A stretch of 64,000 nt of DNA. It comes from Octopus sinensis (Eukaryota). Location of the stretch: assembly GCF_006345805.1 (NCBI RefSeq), contig NW_021834322.1:1-64000 (forward strand), given 5' to 3'. This document shows positions 1-11,041 of the stretch, one piece after another; position 1 is the stretch's first letter, and every line of letters begins with the position of its first letter. Both the position numbers and the translations under genes were made by a program. Under the pieces are notes generated by a model. The model searched no databases. It was not told where the DNA came from and saw nothing but the letters and a program-made list of their open reading frames with translations.

Positions 1-438
1 AACTACAGAAACATCAGTCATCATCATCGTCCATTTCCAGTTTCCATTAGCAAATCCACTCACAAGGCTTTGGTCGGCCCGAGGCTATAGGAGAAGACAC
101 CTGCCCAAAGTCCACGCAGTGGGACTGAACCCAGGAACCATGTGGTTCCTAAGGCAAGCTATTTACCACACAGCCACTCCTACGCCTGTCAGTTACTTGA
201 CCATAACTGGTTGAGCATGTCTCTTAGTGGCTGGACAGTATGTGTACCTCTGATCAAGAGCAGGTGTGCTAAAAAGTTTCTGGCTTTGAGTGAAAGAAAA
301 GTAGAGGAGGGATCAGTTAATTATGATTTTATTATCAACATATTCCCCTCTCAGATTCCACACATACAGCGGTTCATTCAGTCCTTGTAAGCCCTGTAAA
401 AGAACTCTGAGGAGAGGGCCTGAACTAGGCTTTGATGA

Positions 439-841
439 TACTCTTTTACTCTTTTACTGTTTCAGTCACTTGACTGCGGCCATGCTGGAGCACCACCTTT
501 AGTCGAGCAAATCGACCCCGGGATTATCTTTGTAAGCCCAGGTACTTATTCTATCGGTCTCTTTTGCTGAACTGCTAAGTGACGGGGACGTAAACACACC
601 AGCATCGGTTGTCAAGCAATGCTAGGAGGACAAACACGACACACAAACACACACATGCATATATATATACATATATACGACAGGCTTCTTTCAGTTTCCA
701 TCTACCAAATCCACTCACAAGGCATTGGTCGGCCCGGGGCTATAGCTGAAGACACTTGCCCAAGGTGCCACGCAGTGAGACTGAACCCGGAACCATGTGG
801 TTGGTAAGCAAGCTACTTACCACACAGCCACTCCTGCACCT
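439..841 (-). mobile_element. tRNA-derived SINE family A (CORE-like domain, internal TA/TG linker, (AAAAGAGT)n tail), full length
   Basis: Head aggcgcaggagtggctgtgtggtaag...ggttccgggttcagtccc (A/B boxes), then ccttgggcaagtgtctt. More than 20 copies or fragments occur in the window. Confidence 0.85.
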
Positions 842-1039
842 AAAGTCAGGAGCTTTTCGGCACCCCTTGTATATTTGTATATAGTATGTAGATCGGTTTC
901 TAACCCAAGCTGTGTCCTCATAAAGTACATTCGCATATTGCAATTCTCCAAAGTATATTTGTCAATGTTATGATTTATATGAGAGTTGAAACTACTGGAC
1001 AATACTGTAAAATACTATAAAATACTTATGTCAGAGTAA

Positions 1040-1404
1040 TCTCTCTATATATAAACGGCAAAATGTCTGTCTGTGTGTCCTTTATACAAATCCACAATTT
1101 TTCAGTTAGAGAGCTCACACTTTCTATGATCATTTAAAATCGTCCAAGGGTGGTCGTGCACATATTTACATTTCCCGAGTCACCCCTGCAAAGCCATTAA
1201 AAAATCAATAGAAGTGACTTATTTGCAAATTTTCTATCCAAAACCCAATCAAAATGCCCAAAACTTGATACGCTAATTGAATGCCAGCTAGCTGTATGTG
1301 ATTGGTCAGAGATTTGGACAGTACTCGCGTGTATGTGTGCATGCAAGCAGCTGTATATGCATGCACTAGCACTATGACCTGGCATTGCCGGGTCATACTG
1401 CTAG
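1040..1404 (+). mobile_element. Non-autonomous Helitron
   Basis: A|TC 5' end (tctctctatatataaa), 3' hairpin atgacctggca-t-tgccgggtcat (1374-1396), terminal CTAG|T. Inserted in an AT dinucleotide with no TSD. Confidence 0.75.
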
Positions 1405-1988
1405 TTACATATTAAAATAGAAAAAAGTGGAAAAAATTTTGTGGTATTATTTATTCTACATTACCGATGCTGGTGGTTTATGTCCCCGTAACTTAGCAGT
1501 TTGGCAAAAGAAACCGATAGAATAAGTACTGGACTTACAAAGAATAAATGCCAGGGTCGATTTGCTCGACTAAAGGTGGTGCTCCAGCATGGCCACAATC
1601 AAATGACTGAAACAAGTAAAAGAGTAAAAAGCAAGAGAGTTTGAGTTAATCTCTATCCTAGACATTTTATGCCCTGATAATGTTTGTCACATCTGTATTA
1701 ATATGAACGAATGGAGAACTTCCTCTAGTTTGTTAACATCACATCTACACAACAGTGTTTCCTGTTCCTGTAAATCAGCCTGTTCCATTAAGTATCATTA
1801 TTTTTATTGAGGGTTTCATTAGTGCGAGTAACGCATATAGCCAAGCCTTGCTTAAATGGTTGATTAAAATGACTGTGCAGTGGCTTATGACCCTTTTGGT
1901 ATTATTGTTCTTTGGTGTTACCATTACAACTGATCCTGTCAACTTCTCATGAACATTCACCAGTTCTTAAAACCTATTCCAAATTATA

Positions 1989-2580
1989 CAGGAGTGGCTG
2001 TGTGGTAAGTAGCTTGCTTACCAACCACATGGTTCCGGGTTCAGTCCCACTGCGTGGCATCTTGGGCAAGTGTCTTCTGCTATAGCCTCGGGCCGACCAA
2101 TGCCTTGTGAGTGGATTTGGTAGACGGAAATTGAAAGAAGCCTGTCTTATATATATAAAGGCGGCGAACTGGCAGAAACGTTAGCAAGCCGGGCGAAATG
2201 CGTAGCTGTATTTCGTCTGCCGTTACGTTCTGAGTTCAAATTCCGCCGAGGTCGACTTTGCCTTTCATCCTTTCGGGGTCGATAAATTAAGTACCAGTTA
2301 CGTACTGGGGTCGATGTAATTGACTTAACTCCTTTGTCTGTCCTTGTTTATCCCCTCTATGTTTAGCCCCTTATGGGTAATAAAGAAATATATATGTATG
2401 TATATATATGCATGTGTGTGTATGTGTTTGTGTCTCTGTGTTTGTCCCCCTAGCATTGCTTGACAACCGATGCTGGTGTGTTTACGTCCCCGTCACTTAG
2501 CGGTTCAGCAAAAGAGACCGGTAGAAAAAGTACTGGGCTTACAAAGAATAAGTCCTGGGGTCGATTTGCTCGATAAAAGA
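1989..2580 (+). mobile_element. SINE family A split by a family B SINE inserted in its (TA)n linker
   Basis: Family A 5' half at 1989-2152, family B at 2158-2390, family A 3' half at 2391-2580. Confidence 0.8.
2158..2390 (+). mobile_element. tRNA-derived SINE family B
   Basis: aaggcggcgaactggcagaaacgttagc...gagttcaaattccgcc...gcctttcatcctttcggggtcgataaattaagtacc...taaagaaata; many copies in the window. Confidence 0.85.
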
Positions 2581-2639
2581 GATAAAGAGATACAAAGAAA
2601 ATAAGTGACATCACTGACGTATTACTGAATTTGACCTTG

Positions 2640-2830
2640 CGTTGTATATTGCAGTCATTTTGGGTCGGTGCTTCCTCTGGTAGTCTTAACTTACTTGATG
2701 GAATTCAGAATCGAGTTGTTAACATAATGGACCCTCTTCTGTCTCCTCAGTTGGGGCCTTTGGCTCATCACCATAATGTATCTACGTCAGGTCTGTACTA
2801 TAAGTATGGTCAGTATGGTAATTACTAATT
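2640..2830 (+). mobile_element. Decayed CR1/L2-type LINE reverse transcriptase C-terminal fragment
   Basis: With one frameshift it reads YCSH.W..ASSGSLNLLDGIQNRVVNIMDPLLSPQLGPLAHHHNVSTSGLYYKY, resembling the L2/CR1 motif LEYCSHIWxGA..L.LLD.IQ.R...RR.VA.L.LFYKY. Confidence 0.55.
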
Positions 2831-2962
2831 GAAGAGATTGACTGCTTTTGTAAACAAGTGGTAACCACCATGTTTATATGCAAATAGGGTGTATAATTAT
2901 GTACAGGGTATATAATTAAGTACAGGGTATATAATAAGGTGTATAACAATGCCGATACTTAC

Positions 2963-3013
2963 CATCAATGCAACTTTCTTTTGCACCACATAGTCCTTCT
3001 CCCACCATGCATC
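2963..3013 (-). CDS. PTPRN2: Internal 51-bp coding exon (phase 1-1) of an IA-2/PTPRN/PTPRN2-like receptor tyrosine phosphatase, N-terminal Cys-rich (RESP18-homology) region
   Basis: On the minus strand: polypyrimidine acceptor tttctttttctctttctttctctccag|, exon GATGCATGGTGGGAGAAGGACTATGTGGTGCAAAAGAAAGTTGCATTGATG, donor |gtaagt. Phase-1 reading is (G)CMVGEGLCGAKESCID. From memory it aligns without gaps to PTPRN2 GCLLEEGLCGASEACVN, which I recall as a 51-bp second exon. PTPRN versus PTPRN2 cannot be resolved for an invertebrate. Confidence 0.75.
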
Positions 3014-3236
3014 CTGGAGAGAAAGAAAGAGAAAAAGAAACAATGAGAGATGCTGGTCAATGAGAGAGAGAGAGAAAGAGAGAGGTTACAGAGTCATGGA
3101 TTACAATTCTTCTCATCATATACATACATATTGTACACACACAAATACATATGTATGTTTGTGTCTATGTGTAGGTGTGTGTATGTGTTTGTATCAATAT
3201 GTTTATGTATATTATATACATAATATACATAATTCT

Positions 3237-3460
3237 GCGAGCTGGCAGAATCGTTAGCACACCAGGCGAAATGCGTTGCCATATTTCGTCTGCGTTACGT
3301 CCTGAGTTCAAATTCCGCTAAGGTCGACTTTGCCTTTCATCCTTCCGGGGTCGATAAATTAAGTACCAGTTACGCACTGGGGTCAATGTAATCGACTTAA
3401 TCCCTTTGTCTGTCCTTGTTTGTCTCCTCTGTGTTTAGCCCCTTGTGGGTAGTAAAGAAC
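3237..3460 (+). mobile_element. SINE family B
   Basis: Near-identical to 2158-2390. Confidence 0.85.
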
Positions 3461-3475
3461 TATATATATATATAT

Positions 3476-3656
3476 AAACCATGATTAATCGTTAGCCACT
3501 ACACACACTTTTTTTCTCTCCTTGTTTTTTCTGTCCCTTTCTGTAGAAGAGCGTAGGTTCGAAACGTAAAAGACTTTTTCTATTCCTGAGCGTTATACTA
3601 ATACATCTGCTTGTTTTGTACACCACCTGTCTTCGTCTTTTGTGTTTTTTACGTAA
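3476..3656 (+). mobile_element. Dispersed ~180-bp repeat (family G) carrying a minimal hammerhead-like motif; probable Penelope pLTR or retrozyme derivative
   Basis: Related copies at 5130-5312 (-) and 41355-41522 (+). All contain ctgt(c/a)gaagagcgtaggctcgaaacgtaaaaga or a close variant. Confidence 0.6.
3537..3572 (+). ncRNA. Minimal type I hammerhead-like motif, variant core
   Basis: cttt-CTGTAGA-A-GAGC gtag GTTC-GAAAC-GT-A-aaag. Confidence 0.45.
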
Positions 3657-4239
3657 TCTATATATATATCATCATCATATATATATCTGTGGAACTTAAT
3701 ATCATGTAGACCGAATGCTTTTATTTCTTATTTTGTATGTATATACAGATATTTAATGCTTTGCATGGTACTGTAGTACTATTGTGGTCCTTAGTTTTGC
3801 TATTATATTGCTAATAATGGGATCTATATATTGTTTTGCTAGTATTAGTGTTATTAATAATAAGAATAATGATATTGGTAGCATTAGTGGTAATGATAAT
3901 AGTAATGATGTTGACATTAATGACATTTTGTAAATTAGTATAAATTTATATAATGTACTCTGGACTCTGTATATCTGCATTTGGGTATTAATATGTGTAT
4001 GTTTTCTACATTGTAATATCATAATATTAAGTTGAAAAACTGTAACATTAAATATGGAACATATGTATGTTTATTGATTTATATTATTTATATTTATATT
4101 ATATTATATTATTATGTATATGTATATGTATATGTATAGGAGTATGAGTATATGCACTCATATTTATATGTATATGATTTATTATGGGTATGTACCCACA
4201 CTTACATGAGTGTATATGTAATTTGGTTTGTATTTCATA

Positions 4240-4366
4240 ATCTCTGAAGAGGCCTTAGGATATTTTTGTAAATGTCTCATTTATAACTACATGTTGACCT
4301 ACCACACATGGCTAATATAAGTAAAATGAGACATACTTATCTGCATGGCCGAAACAGCTGTAAGAT
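4240..4366 (+). ncRNA. Type I hammerhead ribozyme with canonical core and extended stem II
   Basis: Stem I atct (4240-43)/agat (4363-66); CTGAAGA (4244-50); stem II GGCC/GGCC with an inner 11-bp helix atgtctcattt/aaatgagacat; GAAAC-AGCT-GT-A. Predicted cleavage after 4362. Confidence 0.75.
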
Positions 4367-5083
4367 ATAGTTTATATTTATATTTATATTTATTCATATT
4401 TATATTCTCTGATACATATTGTACTTATTGTATCATCTTACTCCTTTATGTACACTCCTTTATGTACACTGTTTTGTTCTATATTATTATGTTTGACCTT
4501 AAAGTTTCTTATATAGTGGTTTAATAAAGTATGTGATTGGGTATTATCTGGTAGTTGATATTTGATTTGGATGTATTTCTCCATTTTCTTACTTTGTATA
4601 TATATAGATATATATATATATATATAATATATATATATATATAAAATAATATGTTACAATTACTCAATAGTCAAGATAAAACTCTGAGTTTCAGATGCAC
4701 ATATTGTCAGCCACTAAGGGACATGCTCAACTGGTTTTATCTTGACTATTGAGTAATTGTAACATATTACTTTATAGATGAATTTCCTCTATTTACATAA
4801 TATTGAGGTCTCTTTCTTTCTTTTGTTATCTTACCATTTTTACCTATATATATATATATATACATAAACACATTGACACACGCACACATACATACACACA
4901 TATGTATATATATATATATATATATATATTCAGAAAGGACCTGGTTTCACTCAGTTTATAAACTCATAGCCTTAACACAGATAGATAGACAAACAGACAT
5001 ATAAGATAGAGAGGCAGATATAGCAGCATAACTACAGATGTGTACCCCATATTGCCAAAGATCTCAGTCACTTGCTGTCACCT

Positions 5084-5131
<48 letters not shown>

Positions 5132-5228
5132 ACGGGAAGGTTTACGAAAATAAACAAAAGACGAAGGCAGGTGGAGTACAAACAAACAATTGTATTAGTA
5201 TGGCGCTCAGGAATAGAAATAGAAAAAG

Positions 5229-5266
5229 TCTTTTACGTTTCGAGCCTACGCTCTTCGACAGAAAGA
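5229..5266 (-). ncRNA. Minimal type I hammerhead-like motif, variant core CUGUCGA
   Basis: Minus strand: tcttt-CTGTCGA-A-GAGC gtag GCTC-GAAAC-GT-A-aaaga, with a 5-bp stem I and 4-bp stem II. Confidence 0.55.
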
Positions 5267-5776
5267 TGCACAGAAAAGAAACAAGGAGAGAAAAAAATGC
5301 GTGTAGGAGCTAACGGTCTATCATGGCATTCTGACTTCAGGCAGAAGTCAGAGGTCAGACGCTAGAGGGACAGTAGAGGAGATAACAGGGTCAAGTGACT
5401 TCCAAAACAAAGATGCCCCCAATACAAAGCTGCGTGTGTGTATAAGATAGTATGTATGTGCACGTGAAAGAGGGCTGGTGGTCTGGACGTGTGTATGTAT
5501 GTATGTGTGGGTGTGGAGATATGGGGATGGGTGTGTGGGTGGTGTGTTGTGATATGATATGTGTATGTCTGTGTAGGTGTAAAGATTTGGGGATGGGTGT
5601 GTGGGCGGTGTGCTGTGGGTGGTGTGTTGTGATGTGATGTGTCATGTCGTATGGTGTAGTGTAGTATGTATGTATATATATATATAAGAGGGATGAACAC
5701 TACATGGACATCCAGTATGCTAGAAGTAGATCCACTATGGTCTTACCATTAAGAAATTTTAAATATATGTATATGT

Positions 5777-5970
5777 GCAGGTGGCACGTAAAAAGCACCC
5801 ACTACACTCACGGAGTGGTTGGCGTTAGGAAGGGCATCCAGCTGTAGAAACTCTGCCAGATCTGACTGGGCCTGGTGCAGCCTTCTGGCTTCCCAGACCC
5901 CAGTTGAACTGTCCAACCCATGCTAGCATGGAAAACGGAGGCTAAATGATGATGATGATGATGATGATGA
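5777..5970 (+). mobile_element. SINE family C, 3' part with (GAT)n tail
   Basis: gtggcacgtaaaaagcaccc...gcgttaggaagggcatccagctgtagaaac...gctaaatgatgatgat. Other copies at 8530, 31778, 32965 and 55149 on the minus strand. Confidence 0.8.
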
Positions 5971-6649
5971 TGTGTGTGTGTGTGTGTGTATATATATGTA
6001 TAGGAGTGACTGTGTGGTAAGTAGGTTGCTTATCAACCACATGGTTGATATCCATAATGTATCATCACCACCACTATCATCACCATCATCACTACCACTA
6101 CTATCATCACCATTGCTACCCCCCCCACTGCCACCACCGCCACTGCCACCGCCGTCATCATCATCGTCATCGTCACCACCATCACCATCACCACCACCAC
6201 CACTACCACCACCGCCACCACTGCCACCACTGTCATCATCATCATCACCATCACCACCATCATCATCACCATCATCATCATCATCATCATCATCAACACC
6301 ACCACCATCACCACACCACCAACACCACTACCGCCACTGCCACCGCCGTCATCATCACCATCATCATCATCATCACCACCACCACTGTCACTGTCGTCAG
6401 CATCCTTATCTTCATTGTCAATATGACTACAACCAATTTTGTCATCCTAATCAATATAGTTTGACATTAGCAGCCACAGATGCAGCAGCAACAACAACAA
6501 CAACAACAACAATAACAGTAACAATGAGAACAACAACAACAACAACGGTAATATTAATAATGGCAATAACTAGAGCAATAGCAACAACAACAACAAGAAC
6601 AACAACAGCAACAACAATATCAACAATAACAATATTCAGGAGCAGCAGC

Positions 6650-6707
<58 letters not shown>

Positions 6708-6710
6708 TTA
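5950..6710. repeat. Compound CAT/CAC/CAA/CAG trinucleotide field
   Basis: Directly visible simple repeats. Confidence 0.9.
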
Positions 6711-6807
6711 ATGTGATACAATTAAGGCTTGCATGTTGAGTTTGCTACCTTACAAAATCGATGTGTTTTGATGTCGGAAGATAGCTGTTCTCAGCATCCC
6801 ACGCAGG

Positions 6808-8463
6808 TGTGCATATGTGTGTATGCGTGTGTGTGTGTGTGTGTGTGTGTATTTCTATGTGTGTGTGTGTGTATTTGTATGCGTGTGTGTGTGTGTGTAT
6901 TTGTATGTGTATGTGTGTGCTTATTTGTATGTGTATGTGTGTGCATATGTGTGTATGCGTGTGTGTGTGTGTGTGTGTATTTCTATGGTGGTGTGTATTT
7001 GTATGCGGTGTGTGGTGTGTATTTGTATGTGTATGTGTGTGCTTATTTTATGTGTATGGGTGGTATATGTGTGTATGTTGTGTGTGTGTGTGGTGTGTAT
7101 TTCTATGTGTGTGTGTGGTATTTGTATGCGTGTGTGTGTGTGTGTTTTGTATGTGTATGTGTGTGCTTATTTGTATGTGTATGTGTGTGAATATGTGTGT
7201 ATGCGGTGTGTGTGTGTGTGTGTGTATTTCTAGTGTGGTGTGTGTATTTGTATGTGTGTGTGGGTGTATTTGTATGTGTATGTGTGTGCTTATTTGTATG
7301 TGTATGTGTGTGCATATGTGTGTATGCGTGTGTGTGTGTGTGTGTGTATTTCTATGTGTGTGTGTGTATTTGTATGCGTGTGTGTGTGTGTGTATTTGTA
7401 TGTGTATGTGTGTGCTTATTTGTATGTGTATGTGTGTGCATATGTGTGTATGCGTGTGTGTGTGTGTGTGTGTATTTCTATGTGTGTGTGTGTATTTGTA
7501 TGTGTATGTGTGTGCTTATTTGTATGTGTATGTGTGTGTATATGTGTGTATTTGTATGCGTGTGTGTGTGTGTATTTGTATTTGTATGTGTATGTGTGTG
7601 CTTATTGTATGTGTATGTGTATGTGGTGTATGTGTATGTATGGTCGTGGATGTGTGTGTGTGTGTGTATTTCTATGTGTGTGGTGTATTTGTAGTGTATG
7701 TGTGTGCTTATTGTATGTGTATGTGTGTGTATATGTGGGTATTTGTATGCGTGTGTGTGTGTGTATTTGTATTTGTATGTGTGTGTGTGTGCATCTGTCT
7801 TTAGTGTGCGTGTACATGTATGTGTATGTGTGTGTCTTAATGTATGTGTGTGAGTATGTGCATGTTTTCATGTGTGTGTGTGCATGTCTTTATGTGTGTA
7901 TGTGTATGTGTGTCTTGATGTATGTTTGTGTGTATGTGTATATCTTTATGCATGCGTTTGTGTATATGTATATGTGCATCCTTGCATGCATGTGTAACGG
8001 TATGTGTGTGCATGTCATTATGTGTGTGTGTATGTGCTTGTATGTGTGTATGTGTGTGTGTATATGTATGTATGTGTGTGTGTATATGTATGTATGCATG
8101 TGTATGTTTGTTTGTGTATGCATGTGTATATGTGTGTGTGTGTGTGTATGTGCTTGTGTGTGTCTGTTCACATGTATGTGCTTGTATGTGTGTGTATGCA
8201 TTCATGTACGCATGTGTGCGCTTTTGTGTGAGACAAAGGCGTACACACATAGATACACACATACACACACACACATACAATCATGGGCATATACACATTC
8301 ATCAGATACATACATACATGTACGCATGCAAGTATCATACACACACACACACAAACACATGAAAACATACACACACAAGTAGAACTATACACACCTACAT
8401 ATTCACACAGACACATACACAATCACACATATGTGAAGAAATGATATCTACATATGAACACAA

Positions 8464-8500
<37 letters not shown>
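6808..8500. repeat. Cryptic (TG)n field with a ~125-130 bp higher-order period in 6808-7600
   Basis: The landmark gcatatgtgtgtatgcg recurs near 6811, 6942, 7312 and 7438. Confidence 0.85.
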
Positions 8501-8504
<4 letters not shown>

Positions 8505-8529
8505 TGTACACATATCAATAAAATATATA

Positions 8530-10880
8530 TCATCATCATCATCATCATCATCATCATCGTTTAATGTCCGCTTTCCATGCTGGCATGGGTTGGACGATTT
8601 GACTGAGGACTGGCGAACCAGATGGCTGCACCAGGCTCCAATCGTGATCTGGCAGAGTTTCTACAGCTGGATGCCCTTCCTAATGCCTACCACTCTGAGA
8701 GTGTAGTGGGTGCTTTTTACGTGCCACCTGCATGAGGGCCAGTCAGACAGTACTGGCAACGGTCATGCTCAAATGGTGCTTTTTACATGCCACCTGCATG
8801 AGGGCCAGTCAGACAGTACTGGCAACGGTCATGCTCAAATGGTGCTTTTTACGTGCCACCTGCATGAGGGCCAGTCAGACAGTACTGGCAACGGTCATGC
8901 TCAAATGGTGCTTTTTACATGCCACCTGCATGAGGGCCAGTCAGACAGTACTGGCAACGGTCATGCTCAAATGGTGCTTTTTACGTGCCACCTGCATGTG
9001 GGCCAGTCAGACAGTACGCAACGTCATGCTCAAATGGTGCTTTTTACGTGCCACCTGCATGAGGGCCAGTCAGACAGTACTGGCAACGGTCATGCTCAAA
9101 TGGTGCTTTTTACGTGCCACCTGCATGAGGGCCAGTCAGACAGTACTGGCAACGGTCATGCTCAAATGGTGCTTTTTACGTGCCACCTGCATGAGGGCCA
9201 GTCACAGTACTGGCAACGGTCATGCTCAAATGGTGCTTTTTACGTGCCACCTGCATGAGGGCCAGTCAGACAGTACTGACAAAGGTCATGCTCAAATGGT
9301 TGCTTTTTACGTGCCACCTGCATGAGGCCAGTCAGACAGTATGGCAACGGTCATGCTCAAATGGTGCTTTTTACGTGCCACCTGCATGAGGGCCAGTCAG
9401 ACAGTACTGGCAACGGTCATGCTCAAATGGTGCTTTTTACGTGCCACCTGCATGAGGGCCAGTCAGACAGTACTGACAACGGTCATGCTCAAATGGTGCT
9501 TTTTCGTGCCACCTGCATGAGGGCAGTCAGACAGTACTGGCAACGGTCATGCTCAATGGTGCTTTTTACATGCCACCTGCATGAGGGCCAGTCAGACAGT
9601 ACTGGCAACGTCATGCTCAAATGGTGCTTTTTACGTGCCACCTGCATGAGGGCCAGTCAGACAGTACTGGCAACGGTCATGCTCAAATGGTGCTTTTTAC
9701 GTGCCACCTGCATGAGGGCCAGTCAGACAGTACTGGCAACGGTCATGCTCAAATGGTGCTTTTTACGTGCCACCTGCATGAGGGCCAGTCAGACAGTACT
9801 GGCAACGGTCATGCTCAAATGGTGCTTTTTACGTGCCACCTGCATGAGGGCCAGTCAGACAGTACTGCAACGGTCATGCTCAAATGGTGCTTTTTCGTGC
9901 CACCTGCTGAGGGCCAGTCAGACAGTACTGACAACGGTCATGCTCAAATGGTGCTTTTTACGTGCCACCTGCATGAGGGCAGTCAGACAGTACTGGCAAC
10001 GGTCATGCTCAAATGGTGCTTTTTACGTGCCACCTGCATGAGGGCCAGTCAGACAGTACTGGCAACGGTCATGCTCAAATGGTGCTTTTTACGTGGCCAC
10101 CTGCATGAGGGCCAGTCAGACAGTACTGACAACGGTCATGCTCAAATGGTGCTTTTTACGTGCCACCTGCTTAGGGCCAGTCAGACAGTACTGGCAACGG
10201 TCATGCTCAAATGGTCTTTTTACGTTGCACCTGCATGAGGGCCAGTCAGACGTACTGGCAACGGTCATGCTCAAATGGTGCTTTTTACGTGCCACCTGCA
10301 TTGGGCCAGTCAGACAGTACTGACACGGTCATGCTCAAATGGTGCTTTTTACGTGCCACCTGCATTGAGGGCCAGTCAGACAGTACTGGCAACGGTCATG
10401 CTCAAATGGTGCTTTTTACGTGCCCCTGCATGAGGGCCAGTCAGACAGTACTGGCAACGGTCATGCTCAAATGGTGCTTTTTACGTGCCACCTGCATGAG
10501 GGCCAGTCAGACAGTACTGACAACGGTCATGCTCAAATGGTGCTTTTTACGTGCCACCTGCATGAGGGCCAGTCAGACAGTACTGGCAACGGTCATGCTC
10601 AAATGGTGCTTTTTACATGCCACCTGCACAGGAGCAATTCCAGCGGCACTGGCAACGACCTTACTCAAGTGTTTTTTCACGTGCCACCAGCACAGAAGCC
10701 AGTCAGCTGCTCTGGCAATGATCATACTCGGATGCTGCTCTTAGTGCTTTGTCTATCATATCCACTCACAAGGCTTTGGTCATCCTAAGGCTATATTAGA
10801 AGACATCTGCCCAAGGTACCACACAGTGGGACTGAACCCTGAATCATGTGGTTGAGAAGGAAGCTTTTTACCACACACTT
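8530..10880 (-). mobile_element. SINE family C (family A head + C body) with a massively expanded internal subrepeat
   Basis: (CAT)n tail at 8530, body 8560-8710, 66-bp array, then tRNA/CORE head at about 10745-10880. Confidence 0.8.
8710..10680. repeat. 66-bp minisatellite, about 30 copies
   Basis: Unit gtgctttttacgtgccacctgcatgagggccagtcagacagtactggcaacggtcatgctcaaatg; first two units start at 8710 and 8776. Confidence 0.95.
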
Positions 10881-11041
10881 GTGCCTATGTTTACATTACA
10901 GACCTGCTTCAAACTCAAAATCTAAACAATTACTGGGAATCAATTCCTTCAATTAAAATTCTTCAACCTGGTTCCCCAACAGGGCCACAGCCAAATGACT
11001 AAAGCAAGTAAAATATAATAAATAAAAAAATATAAGCATAG

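Noticed and set aside
5972-8422. Long His/Pro/Cys-Val-rich ORFs
   Set aside because: Translations of CAT/CAC and TG microsatellites, with no splice signals or domain content.
8710-10680. Possible CRISPR array or repeat protein (22-aa periodic ORFs with Cys/His)
   Set aside because: Units are contiguous with no unique spacers, there are no cas genes, and the array is internal to a SINE. The ORFs follow from a 66-bp stop-free unit.
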